From Candidatus Iainarchaeum sp. (GTDB lineage Archaea > Iainarchaeota > Iainarchaeia > Iainarchaeales > JAAZKV01), in NCBI GenBank assembly GCA_026397015.1, contig JAPLVR010000001.1, positions 21,745 to 85,744 of the forward strand: DNA of 64,000 bases. The letters run 5' to 3'. Under the pieces are notes generated by a model. The model saw nothing but the letters and a program-made list of their open reading frames with translations. It made no database searches and was not told where the DNA came from. Position numbers and translations under genes: made by a program. Below, piece after piece: positions 58,426 to 64,000 of the stretch; the first letter of the stretch is position 1; every line of letters begins with the position of its first letter.

Positions 58426-60129
58426 TTACATTTCTTCCAGCGCTTCGATTTCCAAAATCTCGAGCCCTTTTTTCAAAACAATTGAAGTCGCCTCAACAAG
58501 CGCGAGTCGCGCATTTTTTTCCTTTCCGCCTTCGAGGACTGAAAGGTGCTGGTAGAAGGAATTGAATCTTTCAGAAACGGCGAGGAGGGCGTGCGCGACA
58601 TGGTGCGGAGACAGTTCTGAAATGCTTTTTGAAACCGCCTCATCAAAGTTTGCAAGCGCGACCAAAAGCTCTTTTTCTTTTTCATGTGTAAGAAGCACAA
58701 AATCTTTTTTCGAAACTTTCGCTTTCTTCTTTCCGGCTTTGCGCAGGATGCTTCGTGCGCGGGCATACGAGTATTGCACGTACGGTCCGGTTTCGCCGTC
58801 GAAGGAAATGCTTTTTTCCGGCTCGAAAACCATGTCTTTTTTCGCATCATTCCTCAGCAGATAAAATTTTATTGCGGCGAGCGCAATCGCTTTTGCCCTT
58901 TCCTTTTTTTCTTTTTCCGAAATTTTTTTGTACCGCGCCTCGATTTCTTTTTCCGCAAGCTTTTTTATTTCCAAAATCAAATCATCCGCATCAACGACAT
59001 TTCCTTCCCTTGATTTCATTCTTCCGGAAGGGAGGGAGACATAACCATAATTCAGGTGGAAACAATTTTTCGCCCATTTTCTGTCCAACTTTTCAAAAAT
59101 TTTAAATAATTGCTTAAAATACAAATCCTGTTCATTTGCAACAACCCAAACGCATTTGTCTAATTTGAATTTTTCAAATTTTTCTTCGGTAAGCCCTAAA
59201 TCGTTTGTAATATAGAGGGAGGTTCCGTCTTTTCGCACCAGCACCTTGTTTTGGAGCTCGGGTTCGAGCGTCGCGAGGACGGACCCGTCATCTTCCTTGC
59301 TAAAAATCCTTTTTTTTAATCCCTCTTCAATTATTTTTGCGCCGCTTCCTTTCCTGAATGTTTCGGATTCCTTAAACCAGATATCAAATTCTGTCCCGAA
59401 TTCTTTGTAAGTTTCTTTTATCCCCGAAAGCGCCCAATCATTCATTTTTTTCCAAAGAGCTATTGTTTTCCTGTCCCCTTTTTCCCATGCGCGCAACATT
59501 CCCTGCGCCTTTTCTTCAAGGGAAGAATCCTCTTTTGCCTTTTCATTGAACAAAACATACATGCCGCCGACGAAATGATCCGATTTTAACCCTTCGCTTT
59601 TTGGCGTTTTTCCTTTTGCAAACATCTCATAGGCAATCATTGCCTTGCAGATGTGAATGCCTCTGTCGTTTATCAAATTCGCCTTGATTACTTTGTAGCC
59701 GGCTTCTTCCAGAATATTCGAAACCGCCGCGCCAAGGGAATTGTTTCTCAAATGGCCTACGTGAAGAGGCTTATTGGTGTTCGGAGAGCTGTACTCAACC
59801 ATTACTTTGCCTTTTCCAGCGTTGCTGAAGGACCACTTTTTTGAGAGTATTTTTTTGATTGTTGAGGAGGCAATGGCTTCTTTTTCCACGAAAAAGTTGA
59901 GGTAAGCGCCCTTGGATTCGACTTTTTCAAGGAAATCTGCGGAAATCTTGCCCGCGAGGCGCTTAGAAACCGCTTCTGGAGCCTCTTTTAACTGCTTTGA
60001 AACGCGAAAGCAGGGGAAAGAATAGTCGCCCATTCCCTGCGGCGGTTTCACCAGCAAGCCGCCTATTTCTGTCTTTTCCAACCCAATTTCTTTGGCTAAA
60101 AGCCCGGCGATTTTTTCGGCAAAATCCAT
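58426..60129 (-). CDS. argS: Arginine--tRNA ligase
   Basis: SSPNTNKPLHVGHLRN (HIGH), a MKSREGN (KMSK-like) motif and a DALR-type C-terminus. Confidence 0.93.
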   Translation of the reverse strand: MDFAEKIAGLLAKEIGLEKTEIGGLLVKPPQGMGDYSFPCFRVSKQLKEAPEAVSKRLAGKISADFLEKVESKGAYLNFFVEKEAIASSTIKKILSKKWSFSNAGKGKVMVEYSSPNTNKPLHVGHLRNNSLGAAVSNILEEAGYKVIKANLINDRGIHICKAMIAYEMFAKGKTPKSEGLKSDHFVGGMYVLFNEKAKEDSSLEEKAQGMLRAWEKGDRKTIALWKKMNDWALSGIKETYKEFGTEFDIWFKESETFRKGSGAKIIEEGLKKRIFSKEDDGSVLATLEPELQNKVLVRKDGTSLYITNDLGLTEEKFEKFKLDKCVWVVANEQDLYFKQLFKIFEKLDRKWAKNCFHLNYGYVSLPSGRMKSREGNVVDADDLILEIKKLAEKEIEARYKKISEKEKKERAKAIALAAIKFYLLRNDAKKDMVFEPEKSISFDGETGPYVQYSYARARSILRKAGKKKAKVSKKDFVLLTHEKEKELLVALANFDEAVSKSISELSPHHVAHALLAVSERFNSFYQHLSVLEGGKEKNARLALVEATSIVLKKGLEILEIEALEEM

Positions 60130-60195
60130 GCAAAAATAATGAGTATAAGAGTTTAAAAAAAGGGGGCGTTAAAACAAAAATTTGGTCTGCAGTGC

Positions 60196-60344
60196 TTTTT
60201 TTCGCCGGCCTTTTATTAAAAGGCACGCCTGCCGCAGCGGGCACATTCTTACCAAATATTTTTTCGCCAGCCTTTTTACGGAAAAAGGCTGATGCGAAGC
60301 ATTTTTCACTAACTTTTTCGCCGGCCTTTTTTTTAAAAAGGCTG
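60196..60344 (-). repeat. Three tandem hairpin-element copies immediately downstream of tRNA-Arg
   Basis: Copies at 60196-60224, 60258-60291 and 60313-60344. On the minus strand they read CAGCC-T/A hairpin-GGC(C/T)GGCGAAAAA. Confidence 0.75.
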
Positions 60345-60346
60345 AA

Positions 60347-60567
60347 CGGGCCTGGGGGGAATCGGACCCCCGACCTACTGCTAACTTCCACAACCAAAAT
60401 AAATGCGAAGCACGCCCCTGCAAATGCGAAGCATGCTGCATTGCAAGAGCAATGCGGCTCGCCCGCCAATTGCCGTGACGGCAAGTCGAGTGCAACGAGA
60501 CACTCACCCGCCAACCGGCGCGACGGCTGATAGAAGGCAGTCGCCCTATCCACTAGGCTACAGGCCC
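60347..60567 (-). tRNA. tRNA-Arg(UCU) with a ~148-nt intron at 37/38
   Basis: Minus strand: GGGCCTG-TA-GCCT-AGTGGATA-GGGC-G-ACTGC-CTTCTA / intron / A-GCAGT-AGGTC-GGGGG-TCCGATT-CCCCC-CAGGCCC-G. Confidence 0.8.
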
Positions 60568-60568
60568 A

Positions 60569-60599
60569 CAGCTTTTTTGGGAAAAAAGCTGGCAAAAAA
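60569..60599 (+). repeat. Hairpin-element copy abutting the tRNA-Arg 5' end, opposite orientation
   Basis: CAGCTTTTTTGGGAAAAAAGCTGGCAAAAAA. Confidence 0.7.
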
Positions 60600-60723
60600 C
60601 CCGCTTCGCGGGCATTGCCAAAGAATAATTCGGAATCAACCTATTTAAAGGTATTTGAACGGCGTTTTTGGCTCCTTGCCGCTTTGGGATAGGTTTTTAT
60701 TTCTGAAAAGTGTTCTTCTTTGG

Positions 60724-61617
60724 ATGGACAAAACAATCACCTACGCAGTGGTGCTGGCAATATTTCTTCAAATAATTTTGCTGATAATTATCCCGCAGTC
60801 GGCGCTCGGCGACCTGAAAATAATTCTCCTGTTTTTGCCGCTGCTCACAATTATTGCGGTAATTGTTTTTGCAATGTTTTTAGCGGGAAAAAAGAAAAAA
60901 ATCCAGGCAACCCAAATGAAGCCAGGAAAGAACACAAAAAAAGCGGTGCGGCAAGCCGCGGCAAAAGACGGGGAAAACACGAACCAATCCGATGCCCAGC
61001 CGCAGGAAAAAAAAGGTTTCTTCCAAAAATTTTTTGGGAATTCCAAGGTGAATAAAGGCGGCAGTCTGAAAAAACTCGAAGATGAAAAGAAGGTTGTGCT
61101 TGAAGAGCTTAAACAAACCGAGAACCAGTTTTTGAAACACCAAATCGACCAGGAAACTTTTGATTCGGTTTCAAACGAAAAAAATACGGCGCTTGTAAAA
61201 ATCGAGGCGGAAATCGACATGGAAAAAAATTCTGAGCTGAGCGGAGAAGAGCTGAAAAAATTGCAGCAAATTTCCGCGAAAAAAAGGCGTGTCCTTGAAG
61301 AACTGCTTAAGCAGAGGCAAAAAAAAGTTCTTGAAGTAAAGGCGGCCGAAAGGGCGTACCTAAAAAGAAAAATAAACGAAAATTCCCTTAAAAAAATTTC
61401 TTCGGACATAAGGAGGGAGCTCGTTTCAATTAATTCTAAGATAAACCTGATTCAAACCGAAGAGGAAATAAGCAAAATAAAGCAGAATCTGAAAGAGAGC
61501 CTTCAGGAAGTCGCGGCGCAGAAAAAAATTTCAAGGAGCAGGAAGCTTCAGAAGCTTGAAGATGATGTTTTTGAACAGATAGATTCGACAAAACAACCGT
61601 CAGCCAGAAGAAAATAA
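60724..61617 (+). CDS. Membrane-anchored coiled-coil protein
   Basis: Two N-terminal TMs followed by a K/E-rich helical region. Confidence 0.5.
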   Translation: MDKTITYAVVLAIFLQIILLIIIPQSALGDLKIILLFLPLLTIIAVIVFAMFLAGKKKKIQATQMKPGKNTKKAVRQAAAKDGENTNQSDAQPQEKKGFFQKFFGNSKVNKGGSLKKLEDEKKVVLEELKQTENQFLKHQIDQETFDSVSNEKNTALVKIEAEIDMEKNSELSGEELKKLQQISAKKRRVLEELLKQRQKKVLEVKAAERAYLKRKINENSLKKISSDIRRELVSINSKINLIQTEEEISKIKQNLKESLQEVAAQKKISRSRKLQKLEDDVFEQIDSTKQPSARRK

Positions 61618-61618
61618 C

Positions 61619-62098
61619 CTATTCTTTGGCGACAAACCTTGCGAAAAATTTTTCGACTTCCAAAAATTTTTTTGAATCAAATTCAAAGATGCTCGAGAAC
61701 GATTCGCAGTCAATTACTTTCCCGCCCTTCATCGAAAGCAGGCTCTGCATCCTCTTTATGGTTGTTCCGGAAAGCCCGATACTGGTGGAAAACAGGACAA
61801 ATTTTTTTCCCTCGCAGTCCGGCAGGTTTCGGATAAACAGGCTCACCGCCGGAACCGGCGAAAATAAAAACACAGGCGTCCCAATAACAACCAAACCGTA
61901 TTCTGCCAGGGATTCTATGCCGTCTTTCAGCTGAAGGCTTTTTTCCTCTTTCAGCTGCGCCGCCGGTTCAAGCGGCTTCTCAAGCTCGATTTGTTTTTTT
62001 GAAACCTCTATTCCTTTTTTTGAAAAAAGTTCCGCCATTTTTTCGGCAACTTTCGGGGTTTCTCCTGAAGGATAGTAAGCTATGAGGACTTTTTTCAT
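61619..62098 (-). CDS. Flavodoxin-like fold protein
   Basis: MKKVLIAYYPSGETPKVAEKMA... and LVVIGTPVF. Confidence 0.6.
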   Translation of the reverse strand: MKKVLIAYYPSGETPKVAEKMAELFSKKGIEVSKKQIELEKPLEPAAQLKEEKSLQLKDGIESLAEYGLVVIGTPVFLFSPVPAVSLFIRNLPDCEGKKFVLFSTSIGLSGTTIKRMQSLLSMKGGKVIDCESFSSIFEFDSKKFLEVEKFFARFVAKE

Positions 62099-62143
62099 AA
62101 GGATTGGAATGACAGAAATTATTAAAAAAGCCTTTTTGGAACT

Positions 62144-62734
62144 TCAATTCTTTTTTTCTATTGTGACAAGTGTGAAGTCAAAGACGAGCGTTTTTCCTGC
62201 GAGAAAGTGATTGAAATTAATGGTCACATTTTTGTCGTTGAACGCTTCTATCCTTCCTTCCAATCCATCATCTGCTGAAACGCCCATGCCGATTTCAAGC
62301 GAAGAAAATTTTGAGAAGGAGTTCCTGTCAAAAGTAACTATTTTGTTCGGGTTAACTGCCCCATATGCTTTTTCCGGGGGGATTGTGACTGTTTTTGTTT
62401 CCCCGGCTCGCATTCCAATTATTGCTTCTTCAAATCCAGGTATCGCATCTCCTTTTCCAAGTTCAAACGTAAAAGGACTCTTGCCGACACTTGAGTCAAA
62501 AATATTTCCATCTTCATATTTGCCGATGTAATGCACCGAAACCGTATCGCCTGCTTTTGCCTTCACAAATTTATCAAAATTGCTCATTTCCCCCCCTCCG
62601 TTTTTATCCGCCGCATTGTTTAAATCCAAATTCGCATTTGAATCAGTCGCTTGGTTTGTGTTTGTGCAACCATTTAACAGAAGCACAAGAAGAATCGCAC
62701 ACACTGCACAAACCACTAGAACGGCTTTTTTCAT
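62144..62734 (-). CDS. FKBP-type peptidyl-prolyl isomerase lipoprotein (SlyD-like with an IF insert)
   Basis: Lipobox LLNGC; VHYIGKYEDGNIFDSS...FELGKGDAIPGFEEAIIGMRAGE. Confidence 0.85.
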   Translation of the reverse strand: MKKAVLVVCAVCAILLVLLLNGCTNTNQATDSNANLDLNNAADKNGGGEMSNFDKFVKAKAGDTVSVHYIGKYEDGNIFDSSVGKSPFTFELGKGDAIPGFEEAIIGMRAGETKTVTIPPEKAYGAVNPNKIVTFDRNSFSKFSSLEIGMGVSADDGLEGRIEAFNDKNVTINFNHFLAGKTLVFDFTLVTIEKKN

Positions 62735-62801
62735 CACAAACATCACACAAGAAAAGATTAAAAAACCGAATTAATTCTTCGGTCCGAACACCTCAAACTC
62801 A

Positions 62802-63314
62802 TTAATTCTCCGGCTTGAGCGCCTCAACCCCCAATCGTTGCGCTTCGCCCTCTTTTGTTTTTATTCTTTTTATTTCAACAAACCCCGCTTCTTCCAAAAA
62901 CTTTTTCAGAGTTTCGAAATTGTAGCCGAAGTAGTGATGGTCTTCCTCGTATTTTTCAAAGCCGTAAATTTTATTCAACGACCATTCCTTTTCCTGCGCG
63001 TTTCCTTCCAAAAAAAGTTTGCAGAAATGCGCGAGGTTCGGCACGATTATTTCGAGCCTCCCGCCGGGTGCGAGAACGCGAAACATTTCCTTCAGCGCTT
63101 TTTTTGCGTCGTTTCTTGGAAGATGCTCGAGGAAAAAACGCGAATAAATTTCCGAGAATTCGTTTTCTTTGAAAGGCAACTTTTTTGCATTGCCGACAAA
63201 ATCAACACTTTCAATTTTCCTGATGTCAAAATGAATGTAGCCGCTGCGCGGCTTCTCCCCGCAGCCGATTTCAAGCTTTTTCATCTCTCCAGCCTTTTTC
63301 ATTTCAAAAACCAA
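62802..63314 (-). CDS. Class I SAM-dependent methyltransferase
   Basis: LEIGCGEK and VLAPGGRLEIIVPN. Confidence 0.75.
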   Translation of the reverse strand: MVFEMKKAGEMKKLEIGCGEKPRSGYIHFDIRKIESVDFVGNAKKLPFKENEFSEIYSRFFLEHLPRNDAKKALKEMFRVLAPGGRLEIIVPNLAHFCKLFLEGNAQEKEWSLNKIYGFEKYEEDHHYFGYNFETLKKFLEEAGFVEIKRIKTKEGEAQRLGVEALKPEN

Positions 63315-63466
63315 AAAAACAAAATAAAAATAAAAAAATGCAGGGAAGGAGTGTTAACCGAAAATAGTGTTACTGCACTTCCCCACGAGTAGCCTATTTT
63401 TATATCTCAATTACTAACGCTGTTGCAGTATATAAAACTTTTAGGCACTACGACTCTGGGACAGAA

Positions 63467-64000
63467 TTAGGTTGGGTGTAGGATTGTTGTGATGTAGTTG
63501 TGTAGGGTCATTCTGGTTGACATGGTTGTTATGATTCTGTTTTCTTTTTTTTGGCGTATTATGCCAAAGCGTTTTTTGTCTGCTGAGTGGCAGTATTCGC
63601 TAGTTTCTCTTTTGTAATAATGTTTCAGGAAATCGATTGTGTTGGTTGTGAATTGTTGGATTGATTGTTTCCATTTTTCGCATCCTCTTATGGTTGTGTT
63701 CTTTTTTGGAATAAAATATGTCGCGGTTTCTTTATTGAATCCCGCGATTGTTTTTTGGTTGGAATAATATTTATCCAATGTTATTGAGTTCAATTCAAAT
63801 CCTCTTTGTTCGAGCGATTGTTTGGCTTGTTCAAACAGTTTCATTTCTGATTGAAATCCTGTTGCAAAGCTGACATAAATTTTTGTTTTCAAATCAACAA
63901 TTGTTGATGTTATGATGTATTTTTTTCGTTCAACTTCTTTCCAATGCTCTTTGTTTTCCTCTTTGTCTGTGCGATAATGTTTTGTAATCGTTAACGCGTA
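63467..64000 (-). mobile_element. IS4/IS5-family DDE transposase gene, 5' part outside the window
   Basis: The frame is open from 64000. LDKYYSN (second D region) and an exact Y-x2-R-x3-E-x6-K signature (YYKRETSEYCHSADKK). Confidence 0.7.

Noticed and set aside
59963-60595. 210-aa minus-strand and 177-aa plus-strand ORFs across the argS start and tRNA-Arg.
   Set aside because: They span the tRNA-Arg gene, its intron and the hairpin repeats, so they are an artefact of a stop-free GC-rich intron.

Overview
This window reads as an archaeal contig of moderate to low GC, most likely from a small-genome, DPANN-like lineage. The evidence is archaeal FEN-1, ribosomal proteins L40e and L41e, a DGGGP-synthase-like UbiA enzyme, an archaeal-type but divergent 16S, intron-containing tRNAs, an archaeal RNase P RNA and Shine-Dalgarno GGAGG/GGTGA sites matching the 16S 3' end. 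All calls come from reading the sequence and the ORF track; no database search was run.

Layout:
- 1-17.8 kb, housekeeping and envelope genes: HAD phosphatase, ftsZ, S2P protease, fen, UbiA/DGGGPS, rpl40e, intron-containing tRNA-Glu, a purine PRTase, a methyltransferase-GT2-UbiA-acetyltransferase cluster, a deaminase, rpl41e, a PfkB kinase, pcm and a MazF toxin-antitoxin pair.
- 18.2-23.8 kb, rRNA locus: 16S, tRNA-Ala(UGC), an unusually long 0.8-kb spacer holding an ORF, then 23S. No 5S is visible.
- 23.9-39.2 kb, an AT-rich mosaic accessory/defence island that starts directly after the 23S 3' processing helix. It holds an unknown 353-aa plus PD-(D/E)xK two-gene cassette, a type IIG R-M enzyme behind twin palindromic operators, several unknown small or membrane proteins, an HNH nuclease, a Cys-rich unknown, a wHTH-DUF488 fusion, a Cas4-like nuclease, an NYN RNase, a TumE/TumA-like pair, a DEDD exonuclease and DUF3800.
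- 39.3-64 kb: secreted and surface proteins, VIT1, RelE toxin-antitoxin pair, a MacB-type ABC operon, TauE, GGCT, ZIP, a sugar dehydrogenase, a 900-aa surface protein, RNase P RNA, a second MazF pair, a short bacterial-type alaS, argS next to an intron-containing tRNA-Arg(UCU), FKBP, methyltransferases and a partial IS4/IS5 transposase at the window edge.

The signals most worth a second look are:
- the unknown cassettes in the island;
- a recurring T-run/A-run hairpin plus GGCGAAAAA element attached to stable-RNA genes, including one copy inside RNase P RNA;
- a four-copy direct-repeat family in the island;
- very long tRNA introns;
- a compensated A1405-U1496 change in the 16S decoding helix.
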